Positions 38,662 to 50,775 of a stretch of 54,750 nucleotides of DNA are shown one piece after another (positions within the stretch are counted from its first letter, which is position 1; each line of letters begins with the position of its first letter). The DNA lies in assembly GCA_020721655.1 (NCBI GenBank), contig DYMG01000005.1, positions 1 to 54,750 on the forward strand. The letters are read 5' to 3'. The DNA comes from Paludibacter propionicigenes (GTDB lineage Bacteria; Bacteroidota; Bacteroidia; Bacteroidales; JAFGXI01). The notes below the pieces were generated by a model. The model ran no database searches. It was not told the origin of the DNA and saw only the letters and a list, made by a program, of their open reading frames with translations. The translations under genes were made by a program, and so were the position numbers.

Positions 38662-38997
38662 CTAAACCAAAGTTGGGGGACCTCTTAATTTATAAATATT
38701 TTTATTTGCCAAAACAATTTGCTCTACACAAATCGTCTTGTAACTTACTATTAATGGGGTTAATAAATTTAATTTTAGACTGTTTGGAAAAATAAAATCA
38801 AAGTCTTGACTTAAACTTTTATTTAAAATCTTAGATTTTTTTTCTAACTTATTAGATTTAGTGTAAAAAACATTATGAGAATATAAATCTTTCTTATAAA
38901 TTACTTTTAAGTGCATATTAACCAAATCTCCAACAACTACCCAAGCAAATGAGGTAATCATTGAAATAAAAATAATTTTGTTTAATATACTTCTCAT
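38662..38997 (-). CDS. Putative membrane-anchored leader (arrest) peptide ending in LRGPP
   Basis: 111 aa from ATG 38997; N-terminal hydrophobic helix; C-terminal KLRGPPTLV-stop; directly upstream of and co-oriented with the TBDR. Confidence 0.7.
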   Translation of the reverse strand: MRSILNKIIFISMITSFAWVVVGDLVNMHLKVIYKKDLYSHNVFYTKSNKLEKKSKILNKSLSQDFDFIFPNSLKLNLLTPLIVSYKTICVEQIVLANKNIYKLRGPPTLV

Positions 38998-39005
38998 ATC
39001 CAATG

Positions 39006-39013
39006 CAAAATTA
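39006..39013 (-). promoter_or_regulatory. -7 promoter element for the uORF-TBDR-hmuY unit
   Basis: TAATTTTG on the minus strand (TAnnTTTG), ending 8 nt before ATG 38997. Confidence 0.6.
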
Positions 39014-39211
39014 CACTAAAAAATGTACTTACTAAAAAAAAATACTGTTAAATAACACAAAGCAATATAATTTAACCAAGCATCTGATTAATAAATATTT
39101 AATCGTCTTAGTTTTGTATTTTGCATTGTGAAATATTTTAATTTTAAATATTATTTTTCATAAAAATTGCAAAACGCAATGCAATTATTTGTATTTCATA
39201 TAAAAGGAAGT

Positions 39212-39219
39212 TAAATTTG
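39212..39219 (+). promoter_or_regulatory. -7 promoter element upstream of the zapB-like gene
   Basis: TAAATTTG matches TAnnTTTG. Confidence 0.45.
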
Positions 39220-39279
39220 TAAATTGAATATATTTTATTTGTTGCAAATATTTTTATTCATAAGTTGTAAAATTATAAT

Positions 39280-39576
39280 ATGAGTGAAACTTATAAAGAA
39301 ATAATTAACGAAATCAACAAAAAAGTTGATACCATTATTTCAAAATATGATAACTTAAATACAGATTTTATAACATTAAAAAAAGAAAATGAAAGTTTAC
39401 TTGAAAAAATTAATTTAGAAAAAGAAAACAACAAAATTTTGGAAAGTAAATTTGAACAATTAAAAGTTGCCAAAGTATTAGAAAAATCTGATGAAGATAT
39501 TAAAAATACTAAAAGCAAAATAAATAAACTAGTGAAAGAAATTGATAGGTGCATAGCTCTTTTAAATGTTGATTAA
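39280..39576 (+). CDS. ZapB-like coiled-coil protein
   Basis: 98 aa heptad-rich protein ending KINKLVKEIDRCIALLN; conserved position before zapA in Bacteroidota. Confidence 0.75.
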   Translation: MSETYKEIINEINKKVDTIISKYDNLNTDFITLKKENESLLEKINLEKENNKILESKFEQLKVAKVLEKSDEDIKNTKSKINKLVKEIDRCIALLNVD

Positions 39577-39583
39577 AGTTTAT

Positions 39584-39877
39584 ATGACAGACGAAAAATT
39601 AACAATAAAGATTAATATAGCGGATAGATACTATCCATTAAAAATAAACAGGCTCGACGAACACAGAGTTCGCAAAGCTGCCAGTATGGTAAATAGTGCC
39701 GTAGATAAATACCGGTTTGCTTACGACTCAAAAGATGTTCAAGATTTTTTGGCGATGGTTTCAGTACATTTTGCAACAAATTTACTGGAAACAAAAGAAA
39801 AATTAGAAATTGAAAACTTTTCTGATGATCTTAACGTAATAAATGATAAATTGTCGGCTATATTAACACAAGAGTAG
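39584..39877 (+). CDS. zapA: Cell division protein ZapA
   Basis: IKINIADRYYPLKI, EHRVRKAA, DVQDFLAM; ATG 39584. Confidence 0.9.
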   Translation: MTDEKLTIKINIADRYYPLKINRLDEHRVRKAASMVNSAVDKYRFAYDSKDVQDFLAMVSVHFATNLLETKEKLEIENFSDDLNVINDKLSAILTQE

Positions 39878-39900
39878 GTTCTTTAAAATATTTAAAATTT

Positions 39901-40097
39901 GCCCGTATTATTCTTTAAAAATTTCTAAAAAATCAACATTAGTTTATTCGGAGTTAAAGTTTGATTGATGTAAGGCAGGCCTCAAGTTCGTTTCGGCGAA
40001 CTCTCTTCGGAGTTAACAGTGGACGCAAGAATTTAATTGACCTCTCCACCCATACTTGAAAAGGGTTTTTTCAGGACTTTAAAGAATCTTTACGGGT
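39901..40097 (+). ncRNA. ssrS: 6S RNA
   Basis: 197 nt between zapA and rny, the canonical synteny; closing stem GCCCGTA..ATTCTTTAAA pairs with TTTAAAGAAT..TACGGGT; followed by a U-tract. Confidence 0.8.
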
Positions 40098-40160
40098 TTT
40101 TTTATGTCTTTAGTTAAAAAACTAAAGATTATTTAATTAAATTTTAAAAATTAAAAAGAA

Positions 40161-41699
40161 ATGGACATTTTATCAATTATTATTGCTTTCTCCGCCTTTG
40201 TAGTTGGCGGATTTTTATCTTATTTTGCATGGGACAAAGCACTTGTTAATAGGGCTAAAAAAATTATTTCTGAAGCACAAACTGAGGCTGAAGTTATAAA
40301 AAAAGACAAAATACTACAAGCAAGAGAACAATTTATTCAATTGAAAGCCGAACACGAAAAAATTGTTAACGAAAACAATTCAAAGATTCTTTCAGGCGAA
40401 AACAGACTTAAACAAAAAGAAGCCACTTTATCGCAACGCTACGAAGAATTAAAAAGAAAAAGCACAGAACTTGACAACTTAAAAGAAACTATAACACAAC
40501 AATTAGAAAGAATAGAAAAACAATCTCAAAAATTAGAAAAATCTCACAAGCAACAAGTTGAACAATTAGAGCAAATTTCTGGACTTACCCAATTAGAAGC
40601 CAAACATCAATTAATGGAATCGTTAAAAGATGAAGCTAAAACAGAAGCAATGTCGTACATTAATGATATAATGGACGAAGCGAAACTTAATGCAAATAAA
40701 GCTGCAAAAAAATTAGTTATAGAGACAGTACAACGTGTTGGTACAGAGGCTTCAATAGAAAATGCGGTAACTGTTTTCCACATCGAAAACGACGATATTA
40801 AGGGTAGAATTATTGGAAGAGAAGGTAGAAATATTAGAGCTTTAGAAGCTGCAACAGGAATAGAAATTATTGTTGACGACACCCCCGAATCTATAATACT
40901 ATCGGGCTTTGACCCAATTAGACGCGAAGTTGCCAGATTAGCTCTTCACCAATTAGTTACAGACGGCAGAATTCACCCAGCTAGAATAGAAGAAGTAGTT
41001 AACAAAGTTCAAAAACAATTAGACGAAGAACTTTTAGAAACAGGAAAAAGAGTATCTATTGATTTGGGTATTCATGGCTTACATTCCGAAATTATTAAAC
41101 TTGTTGGTAAAATGAAATATCGTTCATCTTACGGACAAAACTTATTACAACATTCTAAAGAAACAGCGAATTTATGTGCTATAATGGCAAGCGAATTAGG
41201 CTTAAATCCTAAAATTGCCAAACGTGCCGGATTACTTCACGACATTGGGAAAGTTATTGTTGACGAACCAGATTTACCTCACGCAATATCAGGAATGAAA
41301 TTTGCCGAAAAATACAAAGAAAAACCAGAAATTATTAATGCTATCGGTTCTCACCACGATGAAATTGAAATGACATCTCTTTACTCTCCTATTGTTCAAG
41401 TTTGCGATGCTATTTCTGGTGCTAGACCAGGTGCTAGACGTGAAATTGCAGAGTCGTATATTCAACGTTTAAAAGATTTAGAAAATTTAGCTCTTTCGTA
41501 CCCTGGTGTATTAAAAACTTATGCTATTCAGGCTGGACGTGAATTACGCGTTATTGTTGGAGCAGACAAGGTTGATGATAAACAAAGCGAAACACTTTCA
41601 TACGATATTGCACGTAAAATTCAGGAAGAAATGACATATCCTGGACAAGTTAAAGTTACAGTTATTAGAGAAACTAGAGCTGTAAACTACGCTAAATAA
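40161..41699 (+). CDS. rny: Ribonuclease Y
   Basis: N-terminal TM helix, coiled coil, KH domain ([13 protein letters not shown]), HD motif (LLHDIGK), [12 protein letters not shown]. Confidence 0.97.
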   Translation: MDILSIIIAFSAFVVGGFLSYFAWDKALVNRAKKIISEAQTEAEVIKKDKILQAREQFIQLKAEHEKIVNENNSKILSGENRLKQKEATLSQRYEELKRKSTELDNLKETITQQLERIEKQSQKLEKSHKQQVEQLEQISGLTQLEAKHQLMESLKDEAKTEAMSYINDIMDEAKLNANKAAKKLVIETVQRVGTEASIENAVTVFHIENDDIKGRIIGREGRNIRALEAATGIEIIVDDTPESIILSGFDPIRREVARLALHQLVTDGRIHPARIEEVVNKVQKQLDEELLETGKRVSIDLGIHGLHSEIIKLVGKMKYRSSYGQNLLQHSKETANLCAIMASELGLNPKIAKRAGLLHDIGKVIVDEPDLPHAISGMKFAEKYKEKPEIINAIGSHHDEIEMTSLYSPIVQVCDAISGARPGARREIAESYIQRLKDLENLALSYPGVLKTYAIQAGRELRVIVGADKVDDKQSETLSYDIARKIQEEMTYPGQVKVTVIRETRAVNYAK

Positions 41700-41700
41700 T

Positions 41701-41748
41701 ATTTTAACCCAAAATAAGCATTAAGAAATGCTTATTTTGGGTTAAAAT
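41701..41748. repeat. Perfect 22 bp inverted repeat immediately after the rny stop
   Basis: ATTTTAACCCAAAATAAGCATT-AAGA-AATGCTTATTTTGGGTTAAAAT. Confidence 0.85.
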
Positions 41749-41754
41749 TACACA

Positions 41755-41796
41755 TAAAAAAAAGAGCTGTTTTACTTAAAACAGCTCTTTTTTTTA
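41755..41796. terminator. Bidirectional intrinsic terminator (rny / rpoC-DUF3467)
   Basis: A8-GAGCTGTTTTA-CT-TAAAACAGCTC-T8. Confidence 0.88.
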
Positions 41797-42108
41797 TGCC
41801 TGACCTTTTGTCCCAAAATTTAAGGGTAAACCTCCCCCACCTTGAACGTCTTTTATTTTGCCGTGAGTAGTTTCAAACCTACCTATATTATCTTGTAAAG
41901 CAAACATTAAACGCTTTGCATGCTCTGGAGTTAATATAATTCTCGATTTAACCTTTGCTTTTGGTGTACCAGGTACAATTCTAACAAAATCGACTACAAA
42001 TTCAGTGTTTGAATGAGTAATAACAGCCAAGTTTGAATAAATACCTTGTGCAACTTCCTCATCTAACTCAATGTTAATCTGATTTTTATCTTTTAAATCT
42101 TCGTTCAT
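41794..42108 (-). CDS. DUF3467 family protein
   Basis: GIYSNLAVITHSNTEFVVDF...SRIILTPEHAKR; conserved after rpoC in Bacteroidota. Confidence 0.9.
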   Translation of the reverse strand: MNEDLKDKNQINIELDEEVAQGIYSNLAVITHSNTEFVVDFVRIVPGTPKAKVKSRIILTPEHAKRLMFALQDNIGRFETTHGKIKDVQGGGGLPLNFGTKGQA

Positions 42109-42119
42109 GGTTTTTTATT

Positions 42120-45100
42120 TTAACGAAATCCTGTATATGAATTTGATGCAATTTTATCGTATTCTTGCTGAGAACCAACAATAATATCATCGTATTCTTT
42201 TAATCCTGTACCAGCAGGTATTTTATGACCAACAAGTACATTTTCTTTTAAACCTTCTAAGTAATCTATTTTGCCACTTATTGCAGCTTCGTTTAATACT
42301 TTGGTTGTTTCTTGGAACGATGCAGATGATAAGAAACTATTTGTTTGCAACGATGCTCTTGTTATTCCTTGCAATACTTGTTTTGATGTTGCAGGCATAG
42401 CATCTCTAGCTTCTATAAGTTTTAAATCTTTTCGTTTTAACGATGAGTTTTCATCTCTTAATTTACGAGCAGAAATAATTTGTCCTTGCTTATATATTGT
42501 AGAATCTCCAGCATTTTCAATAAATTTCATTCCATAAATGCTATCATTTTCAGCCATTATATCCCATTTATCAACAATTTGTTTTTCAAGAAATTTTGTA
42601 TCTCCTGGGTCTTCAATAGAAACTTTACGCATCATTTGGCGAACAATTACTTCAAAATGTTTATCGTTTATTTTAACACCTTGCAATCTATAAACTGCTT
42701 GTACTTCATTAACGATATATTCTTGAACTTTTGTAGGTCCTTTAATTTCTAATATTTCAGCAGGTGTAACAGCTCCATCAGACAAGGCTGTTCCAGCTTT
42801 CACATAGTCGTTAGTTTGAACAAGTATTTGTTTTGAAAGTGAAACTAAATATTTTCTAACTTCTCCTGATTTTGAAGTAATTATAACTTCTCTATTTCCT
42901 CTTTTAATTTTTCCAAATGAAACTTCTCCATCTACCTCTGCAACAACAGCAGGATTTGATGGATTTCTTGCTTCAAACAACTCTGTAACTCGAGGTAATC
43001 CGCCTGTTATATCGCCGGCTTTACTTGTAGCTCTAGGTATTTTTACAATAATATCTCCAAGTTTTACCTGATTTCCGTCTTCAACAACAACGTGTGCTCC
43101 AACAGGAATATCGTATTGTTTTAACACTTCTTTTTTATCAACAACCTGAATTACCGGACTTAATTTTTTATCTTTTGTTTCAATAATAATTTTCTCTTTA
43201 AACCCAGTTTGTTCGTCAGATTCTTCCTTATATGTTACTCCTTCTACTAAACCTTCAAAAACAATTTTTCCTTTTGCTTCAGAAATAATTAACGAGTTAA
43301 AGGCATCCCACTCGCAAATTAATGTTCCTTTAGTAACTTCTGTATTATTTTTAACTAAAAGTTTTGAGCCGTAAGGTATTGTGTGTGTAGAAAGCACAAC
43401 ATCTGAATTTTTATCAATAAGTTTCATTTCAGCCATTCGACCAACAACAACATCTACAGTTTTACCTTCTTTATCTATAGTTTCTATTGTTCTAAGTTCT
43501 TCTATTTCAACAAAACCATCGCTTTTTGTAACAACTTTATTTTCGGTTCCAATGTTACCTGCTGTACCCCCTGCGTGGAATGTACGTAATGTTAACTGTG
43601 TACCCGGCTCTCCAATTGACTGGGCTGCAACAACTCCAACGGCTTCACCTTTTTGAACCATTTTACCAGTTGCAAGGTTACGTCCATAGCATTTTGCACA
43701 TATTCCGTGTTTAGATTCACAGGTAAGTGCCGAACGTATTTCTACGCTTTCTATTGGCGAGTCTTCTATTATTTGAGCAATTTCTTCGGTTATTTCTTCT
43801 CCCGACGATATTATTAGTTCTCCTGTTTTTGGGTAATAAATATCGTGAACAGTTGTTCTTCCAAGTATTTTATCGTATAGCGATTCTACAACTTCTTCAT
43901 TGTTTTTTAAAGCCGTTGCAGTTAATCCTCGAAGTGTTCCACAGTCTTCGTGAGTAATAATCATATCTTGCGAAACATCAACTAAACGACGAGTTAAATA
44001 CCCTGCATCGGCAGTTTTTAAAGCTGTATCAGCCAAACCTTTACGAGCTCCGTGAGTAGAAATAAAGTACTCAAGTACTGATAATCCTTCTTTAAAATTA
44101 GAAAGAATTGGGTTTTCGATAATTTGACCACCTGTTGCTCCAGATTTTTGAGGTTTAGCCATAAGCCCCCTCATTCCTGACAACTGACGTATTTGCTCTC
44201 TAGAACCACGAGCACCAGAATCAAGCATCATATAAACGGCATTGAAGCCTTGGTTATCGGTGCTAATTTGTTGCATTAACGTGTTTGTAAGTTTAGCATT
44301 TATATGTGTCCAAATATCAATAATTTGATTGTATCGTTCATTGTTGGTAATGAATCCCATATTGTAGTTATTCATTACTTCTTCAACTTGTAAGTAACCA
44401 TCGTTAACTAATTGGTCTTTAGAAGCTGGAATAATAACGTCATTTAAGTTAAATGATAAACCTCCTTCAAAAGCCATTTTATATCCCAAGTCTTTTATAT
44501 CGTCAAGGAATTGTGCAGTACGTGCATTTCCTGCTACTTTTAAAACTTTCCCAATAATATCGCGAAGAGATTTTTTTGTAAGAATTTCGTCAATAAAACC
44601 TACTTGGTTTGGTACAATTTTATTAAATATAACCCTACCAACGGTTGTTTCTTTCATTACTTTTACAGGTTCTGTACCTTGTGTAAAGTCTTCAATTCTA
44701 ACTTTTATTTCGGCATGAATATCAACAACTCCTTCATTTAGAGCAATTATAACTTCTTCTGGCGAATAAAATCTTAAACCTTCGCCTTTAACGCCTTTTC
44801 TTGGTTTTGTAATATAGTACAAGCCTAAAACCATATCTTGCGAAGGCACTGTAATTGGTGCTCCGTTTGCTGGATTTAAAATGTTGTGAGAGCCTAACAT
44901 TAGTAGCTGAGCTTCCAGAATAGCGGCATTGCTAAGTGGTAAGTGTACTGCCATTTGGTCACCATCAAAGTCGGCATTGAATGCTGTACAAGCCAATGGA
45001 TGTAATTGTATTGCTTTTCCTTCAATTAACTTTGGTTGAAAAGCTTGAATACCTAAACGGTGAAGTGTTGGAGCTCTGTTTAGTAGAACAGGGTGTCCTT

Positions 45101-46394
45101 TTAATATATTTTCTAGAATATCCCAAACAACTGGGTCTCTTCTATCAACAATTTTTCGTGCAGATTTTACAGTTTTTACTATTCCTCTTTCAATTAATTT
45201 GCGAATAATAAATGGTTTGTATAATTCAGCAGCCATTCCTTTTGGAATACCACATTCGTGCATTTTTAATTCTGGACCAACAACAATAACTGAACGTGCA
45301 GAATAATCGACACGTTTTCCAAGTAAATTTTGGCGAAAACGTCCTGATTTTCCTTTTAAACTGTCGCTCAATGATTTTAATGGTCGATTTGCGTCAGTTT
45401 TTACTGCGTTCGATTTTCTAGAATTGTCGAAAAGTGAATCTACAGATTCTTGAAGCATACGTTTTTCGTTACGTAAAATTACTTCTGGTGCTTTAATTTC
45501 AATTAATCTTTTTAATCGATTATTTCTAATTATTACTCTTCTGTAAAGGTCGTTTAAGTCTGATGTTGCAAATCGTCCACCATCTAATGGAACTAATGGT
45601 CTTAATTCTGGTGGAATTACCGGAATTACTTTTACTACCATCCATTCTGGTTTGTTTCTACCTTTTGATGTTCTGAATGCTTCAACAACGTTTAAGCGTT
45701 TTAATGCTTCATTTTTTCTTTGCTGAGATGTTTCTGTATTTGCTTTGTATCTTAGTGAGAATGCTAAATCGTCTAAATCTATTTTTGCTAATAATTGATA
45801 TAAAGCTTCAGCTCCCATTTTTGCAATAAACTTGTTTGAGTCATCATCATCAAGATATTGATTCTCTTTTGGTAATGTTTCTAGTACATCTAAATATTCG
45901 TCTTCAGACAAAAAATCTAGTGTTTGCAATGGTTCTCCATCGCTATTTTTTGCGTTTCCGGGTTGAATAACAACGTATTTTTCGTAATAAACTATTGCGT
46001 CTAATTTTTTGGTTGGGAGTCCTAATAAGTAACCTATTTTGTTTGGTAGTGATTTAAAATACCAAATATGAGCTACAGGAACTACCAATGAAATATGTCC
46101 AGAGCGTTCTCTACGTACTTTTTTTTCAGTAACTTCTACACCACATCTATCGCAAACAATGCCTTTGTATCTAATTCTTTTGTATTTTCCACAATGACAT
46201 TCGTAATCTTTTACTGGACCAAATATTCTTTCACAGAATAGCCCGTCTCTTTCGGGTTTGTATGTTCTGTAATTTATAGTTTCGGGTTTTAAAACTTCTC
46301 CGCTTGATTTTTCAAGTACTTCTTCTGGAGATGCCAATCCTATAGAGATTTTTGTAAATCCACTTTTTACGTTACTCTCTTTTCTAAAAGCCAT
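42120..46394 (-). CDS. rpoC: RNA polymerase beta' subunit
   Basis: NADFDGD; Zn finger CHCGKYK...CDRC; 1424 aa. Confidence 0.99.
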   Translation of the reverse strand: MAFRKESNVKSGFTKISIGLASPEEVLEKSSGEVLKPETINYRTYKPERDGLFCERIFGPVKDYECHCGKYKRIRYKGIVCDRCGVEVTEKKVRRERSGHISLVVPVAHIWYFKSLPNKIGYLLGLPTKKLDAIVYYEKYVVIQPGNAKNSDGEPLQTLDFLSEDEYLDVLETLPKENQYLDDDDSNKFIAKMGAEALYQLLAKIDLDDLAFSLRYKANTETSQQRKNEALKRLNVVEAFRTSKGRNKPEWMVVKVIPVIPPELRPLVPLDGGRFATSDLNDLYRRVIIRNNRLKRLIEIKAPEVILRNEKRMLQESVDSLFDNSRKSNAVKTDANRPLKSLSDSLKGKSGRFRQNLLGKRVDYSARSVIVVGPELKMHECGIPKGMAAELYKPFIIRKLIERGIVKTVKSARKIVDRRDPVVWDILENILKGHPVLLNRAPTLHRLGIQAFQPKLIEGKAIQLHPLACTAFNADFDGDQMAVHLPLSNAAILEAQLLMLGSHNILNPANGAPITVPSQDMVLGLYYITKPRKGVKGEGLRFYSPEEVIIALNEGVVDIHAEIKVRIEDFTQGTEPVKVMKETTVGRVIFNKIVPNQVGFIDEILTKKSLRDIIGKVLKVAGNARTAQFLDDIKDLGYKMAFEGGLSFNLNDVIIPASKDQLVNDGYLQVEEVMNNYNMGFITNNERYNQIIDIWTHINAKLTNTLMQQISTDNQGFNAVYMMLDSGARGSREQIRQLSGMRGLMAKPQKSGATGGQIIENPILSNFKEGLSVLEYFISTHGARKGLADTALKTADAGYLTRRLVDVSQDMIITHEDCGTLRGLTATALKNNEEVVESLYDKILGRTTVHDIYYPKTGELIISSGEEITEEIAQIIEDSPIESVEIRSALTCESKHGICAKCYGRNLATGKMVQKGEAVGVVAAQSIGEPGTQLTLRTFHAGGTAGNIGTENKVVTKSDGFVEIEELRTIETIDKEGKTVDVVVGRMAEMKLIDKNSDVVLSTHTIPYGSKLLVKNNTEVTKGTLICEWDAFNSLIISEAKGKIVFEGLVEGVTYKEESDEQTGFKEKIIIETKDKKLSPVIQVVDKKEVLKQYDIPVGAHVVVEDGNQVKLGDIIVKIPRATSKAGDITGGLPRVTELFEARNPSNPAVVAEVDGEVSFGKIKRGNREVIITSKSGEVRKYLVSLSKQILVQTNDYVKAGTALSDGAVTPAEILEIKGPTKVQEYIVNEVQAVYRLQGVKINDKHFEVIVRQMMRKVSIEDPGDTKFLEKQIVDKWDIMAENDSIYGMKFIENAGDSTIYKQGQIISARKLRDENSSLKRKDLKLIEARDAMPATSKQVLQGITRASLQTNSFLSSASFQETTKVLNEAAISGKIDYLEGLKENVLVGHKIPAGTGLKEYDDIIVGSQQEYDKIASNSYTGFR

Positions 46395-46459
46395 AAACTT
46401 TTTTATTATAAAATTTTTAAAAACTATTTCTTTTTTTGTTAAAGTATAAACTAAAACAA

Positions 46460-49400
46460 TTAATCCATATTAATGCTTAAACCTAATCCTCTAAGTTCGT
46501 GTAATAATACGTTAAATGATTCAGGAATACCTGGTTTAGGCATTGGTTCTCCTTTAACAATAGCTTCGTAAGCCTTAGCTCGTCCGACAACGTCGTCTGA
46601 TTTAATTGTAAGGATTTCTTGAAGAATATTTGATGCTCCAAATGCTTCTAATGCCCATACCTCCATTTCTCCAAAACGTTGTCCTCCAAATTGAGCTTTA
46701 CCTCCAAGTGGTTGTTGCGTAATAAGTGAATATGGACCTATTGATCTTGCGTGCATTTTATCGTCAACTAAGTGTCCAAGTTTTAGCATATAAATTACGC
46801 CAACTGTAGCTGGCTGATCGAAACGCACTCCTGTTCCTCCGTCGTATAGATAGGTTTTTCCGTAATCTGGAACTCCTGCTTTTCTTGTCCATTCGGTAAT
46901 TTGTTCTAAAGAGGCTCCGTCAAAAATTGGTGTTGAAAATTTAACTCCTAATTTTAATCCAGCCCAACCAAGTACTGTTTCGTAAATTTGGCCAAGGTTC
47001 ATACGAGATGGTACACCTAATGGGTTAAGAACAATATCTACTGTTGTTCCATCTTCCATAAAAGGCATATCTTCTTCGCGCACAATTCTTGCAACAATAC
47101 CTTTATTTCCGTGTCGTCCGGCCATTTTATCTCCAATTTTGACAATACGTTTTTGGGCTATATATACTTTTGCTAATTTAATTATTCCGTTTGGAAGTTC
47201 GTCGCCTATTGTAATGTTAAATATTTCTCTTTTTGCAGCTGCTTTTATTTCTTTTAGTGCAATATTGTAATTCTTAATTAAATCTCTAATAATATCATTT
47301 TTTTCAGGTTCTGTAGTCCATTTTAGTGGATTAACTGTTGTATAATCAATATCATTAAGTATTTTTTGACTAAATTTTGTACCTTTTGGAACAATTACAT
47401 TGTCATAATTATCTTTTACACCTTGAGAAGTTTTTCCGTTTACTACAATAAATAATTTATCAACTAAAATGTTTATTATTGATTGTTTTTCTTTTTCTTC
47501 TTTTTCTTCAATTTTGGTAATGAACGATTTTTCGTAGTTTTTAGATTTTTTTTCTTTTAACGTTCTTGAAAAAAGTTTTTTATCTATAACAACTCCAGAC
47601 ATTGAAGGAGAGGCTTTTAAAGATGCATCTTTTACATCTCCGGCTTTATCTCCAAAAATAGCACGAAGTAATTTTTCTTCTGGAGATGGGTCTGATTCGC
47701 CTTTTGGGGTAATTTTTCCTATTAAAATATCTCCTGGTACTATTTTAGCTCCAATTCTTATTATTCCGTTTTCATCTAAGTTTTTAGTAGCTTCTTCGCT
47801 AATATTTGGAATATCTGAGGTTAATTCCTCAAATCCTCTTTTTGTTTCGCGTACTTCTAATGTATGTTCAGAAATGTGTATTGATGTGAAAATGTCGTCT
47901 TTTACAACTCTTTCGTTGATTACTATTGCATCTTCAAAATTATAACCTTTCCAAGGCATAAAAGCCACTTTTAAGTTTTTCCCAAGAGCTAGTTCTCCGT
48001 TTTGAGTCCCGTAGCCTTCAGTTAAAACCATTCCTTGATAAACTTTATCTCCTTTTTTAACTATTGGTGTTAAGTTTATGCAAGTACCTTGATTTGTTTT
48101 TTTGAATTTTACTAATTCGTATGTTTTTGAATCGGAATCGAAACTAACAAATTTTTCTTGTTCTGTTCTTGTGTATCTAATTATAATTTTATTTGCATCA
48201 ACATAATCAACAACCCCATCTCCTTCTGCAACTAGTAAGTTTCTAGAATCTTGAGCTACTTGTTTTTCAATTCCTGTTCCTACTATTGGGGAATCTGTTT
48301 TTAGCAATGGTACTGCTTGACGCATCATATTAGAACCCATTAATGCACGGTTAGCATCGTCGTGTTCCAAGAATGGTATTAGGGAAGCTGCTATCGAAGT
48401 TATTTGATTTGGAGCAACGTCCATCAAATTAACTTGTTTTGGTTCCGAAATTGGGAAATCGCCTTCATATCTTGATTTTATTTTGTTATTAACAAAATTT
48501 CCTTTTTCGTCTATTATGGCGTTTGCTTGTGCAATTACTTTTCCTTCTTCCTCTTCTGCATTTAGGTATATTACGTTTTGGTTATTTAAATCAACGCTAC
48601 CTTCATTAACTTTTCTATATGGGGTTTCTATAAATCCTAAATTGTTAATTTTTGCAAATACACATAATGAAGAAATAAGTCCAATATTTGGACCCTCAGG
48701 AGTTTCGATAGGACAAAGCCTTCCGTAATGTGTAAAGTGAACGTCTCTAACCTCAAAACCGGCTCTTTCTCTAGATAAACCGCCTGGTCCTAATGCCGAC
48801 ATACGTCTTTTGTGTGTCATTTCTGCTAATGGATTTGTTTGGTCCATAAATTGAGAAAGTGCATTTGTTCCAAAGAATGAGTTTATTACCGATGAAAGTG
48901 TTTTAGCGTTAATTAAATCCATCGGTGTAAAAACTTCGTTGTCTCGAACATTCATTCTATCACGAATTGTTCTTGCCATACGAGCTAATCCAACCCCAAA
49001 TTGATTAAATAATTGTTCGCCTACAGTTCTTACGCGTCTGTTACTTAAGTGGTCAATATCATCAACATCAGTTTTAGAGTTTATTAATTCAATTAAGTAT
49101 TTAATAATTGCAATAATATCTTCTTTTGTTAAAACTTTTGTTTCTATTGGTGTGTTTAAGTTAAGTTTTCTGTTTAATTTATATCTTCCAACCTCTCCTA
49201 AATCGTAACGTTTTTCAGAGAAAAATAAGTTTTCTATTATTTCTCTTGCTGTGTCGTCGTCTGGTGGTTCTGAATTTCTAAGTTGTCGGTAAATATATAG
49301 AACAGCTTCTTTTTCAGAGTTACATGGGTCTTTTTGAAGTGTATTATATATAATTGCGTAATCCGATTGATTAGTACCTTCTTTGTGTAATAAAACAGTT

Positions 49401-50272
49401 TTAGCTCCTGAATCGTAAATTATATCAAGATGTTCTTTTTCAATAATTGTTTCTCTATCAACAATTACTTCATTTCTTTCAATAGAAACAACTTCTCCGG
49501 TATCTTCGTCAACAAAATCTTCAATCCAAGTTTTAAGAACTCTAGCTGCAAGCTTACGACCAATAAGTTTTTTAAGTCCTACTTTGGTTATTTTTTCTTC
49601 GTCTGCTAAATCAAATATTTCTAAAATTTCTTTATCGCTTTCGTATCCTATTGCTCTAAATAATGTAGTTACTGGTAATTTTTTCTTACGATCGATGTAT
49701 GCATACATCACGCTGTTTATGTCTGTCGCAAATTCTATCCACGAGCCTTTGAAAGGTATAATTCTTGCGGAATATAATTTTGTTCCATTAGCGTGCATAC
49801 TTTGCCCAAAGAATACTCCTGGTGAACGATGTAATTGTGAAACTATTACACGCTCGGCTCCATTAATGATAAAAGTACCACGTGGAGTCATATATGGTAT
49901 AAATCCAAGAAAAACATCTTGAATTATTGTTTCAAAGTCTTCGTGCTCTGGGTCTGTGCAGTATAGTTTTAGTTTTGCTTTAAGAGGTACACTATACGAA
50001 ACTCCTCTTTCTAAACATTCCTCCATAGAGTATCTAGGAGGGTCAATAAAATAATCTATAAATTCAAGAATAAAATTATTTCTTGTATCGGTTACAGGAA
50101 AGTTTTCTTGAAAAATTTTATATAATCCTTCGCCACCTCTTTCTTCCTTAGATGCCCCAAGATTAAAGAACTCTTTAAATGATTTTAACTGAATATCTAA
50201 AAAGTCTGGATATTCTAATTTATTTGCTAAAGTTGAAAAATCAACTCTCTCGCTTTTGTATGTAACAGACAT
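46460..50272 (-). CDS. rpoB: RNA polymerase beta subunit
   Basis: [30 protein letters not shown]. Confidence 0.99.
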   Translation of the reverse strand: MSVTYKSERVDFSTLANKLEYPDFLDIQLKSFKEFFNLGASKEERGGEGLYKIFQENFPVTDTRNNFILEFIDYFIDPPRYSMEECLERGVSYSVPLKAKLKLYCTDPEHEDFETIIQDVFLGFIPYMTPRGTFIINGAERVIVSQLHRSPGVFFGQSMHANGTKLYSARIIPFKGSWIEFATDINSVMYAYIDRKKKLPVTTLFRAIGYESDKEILEIFDLADEEKITKVGLKKLIGRKLAARVLKTWIEDFVDEDTGEVVSIERNEVIVDRETIIEKEHLDIIYDSGAKTVLLHKEGTNQSDYAIIYNTLQKDPCNSEKEAVLYIYRQLRNSEPPDDDTAREIIENLFFSEKRYDLGEVGRYKLNRKLNLNTPIETKVLTKEDIIAIIKYLIELINSKTDVDDIDHLSNRRVRTVGEQLFNQFGVGLARMARTIRDRMNVRDNEVFTPMDLINAKTLSSVINSFFGTNALSQFMDQTNPLAEMTHKRRMSALGPGGLSRERAGFEVRDVHFTHYGRLCPIETPEGPNIGLISSLCVFAKINNLGFIETPYRKVNEGSVDLNNQNVIYLNAEEEEGKVIAQANAIIDEKGNFVNNKIKSRYEGDFPISEPKQVNLMDVAPNQITSIAASLIPFLEHDDANRALMGSNMMRQAVPLLKTDSPIVGTGIEKQVAQDSRNLLVAEGDGVVDYVDANKIIIRYTRTEQEKFVSFDSDSKTYELVKFKKTNQGTCINLTPIVKKGDKVYQGMVLTEGYGTQNGELALGKNLKVAFMPWKGYNFEDAIVINERVVKDDIFTSIHISEHTLEVRETKRGFEELTSDIPNISEEATKNLDENGIIRIGAKIVPGDILIGKITPKGESDPSPEEKLLRAIFGDKAGDVKDASLKASPSMSGVVIDKKLFSRTLKEKKSKNYEKSFITKIEEKEEKEKQSIINILVDKLFIVVNGKTSQGVKDNYDNVIVPKGTKFSQKILNDIDYTTVNPLKWTTEPEKNDIIRDLIKNYNIALKEIKAAAKREIFNITIGDELPNGIIKLAKVYIAQKRIVKIGDKMAGRHGNKGIVARIVREEDMPFMEDGTTVDIVLNPLGVPSRMNLGQIYETVLGWAGLKLGVKFSTPIFDGASLEQITEWTRKAGVPDYGKTYLYDGGTGVRFDQPATVGVIYMLKLGHLVDDKMHARSIGPYSLITQQPLGGKAQFGGQRFGEMEVWALEAFGASNILQEILTIKSDDVVGRAKAYEAIVKGEPMPKPGIPESFNVLLHELRGLGLSINMD

Positions 50273-50310
50273 TATTAAAAAATTAAAGAACTTAAAAGAT
50301 TTATAACAAC

Positions 50311-50343
50311 AAAAGGTTTAGAGCCGAATTAAGGCTCTAAACC
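50311..50343 (-). terminator. rplL-rpoB terminator/attenuator
   Basis: GGTTTAGAGCC-7 nt-GGCTCTAAACC, 11 bp stem followed by TTTTGTT on the minus strand. Confidence 0.75.
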
Positions 50344-50371
50344 GCTAAGAAATTATTATGTTTTGAATCTC

Positions 50372-50749
50372 TTACTTAAGTTCAACTTCAGCTCCTGCTT
50401 CTACAAGTTTCGCTTTAATAGATTCTGCTTCGTCTTTAGATGCATTTTCTTTGATAGCAGCTGGTGCTTTATCAACAAGTTCTTTTGCTTCTTTAAGACC
50501 TAGACCAGTTAATTCTTTTACTAATTTAACTATTTGCAATTTGTTACCACCTGCTGAAGTTAAAACAACATTAAATTCTGTTTTTTCTTCTACAACAACT
50601 TCGTTTCCACCTGCAGCTGGAGCTGCTACTGCTACTGCTGCTGCTGCTGGTTCAATACCATACTCGTCTTTTAGTATTTGTGCAAGTTCATTTACTTCTT
50701 TTACAGTTAAGTTAACTAACTCTTCAGCAAGTTTTTTAATATCTGCCAT
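50372..50749 (-). CDS. rplL: 50S ribosomal protein L7/L12
   Basis: Ala-rich hinge, [17 protein letters not shown]. Confidence 0.99.
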   Translation of the reverse strand: MADIKKLAEELVNLTVKEVNELAQILKDEYGIEPAAAAVAVAAPAAGGNEVVVEEKTEFNVVLTSAGGNKLQIVKLVKELTGLGLKEAKELVDKAPAAIKENASKDEAESIKAKLVEAGAEVELK

Positions 50750-50775
50750 TTTATTTAATTTTTAAAAGTTTTTAA

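Noticed and set aside
39014-39200. Fur or Rex box upstream of the heme-uptake unit (for example TTGTGAAATATTTTAATT at ~39127)
   Set aside because: Only a half-site resemblance in extremely AT-rich DNA; no convincing palindrome matching either consensus
46460-50272. Rifampicin-resistance substitutions or an intein in rpoB
   Set aside because: Cluster I ([26 protein letters not shown]) keeps the canonical Q, D, H and S residues, and the length is normal for Bacteroidota
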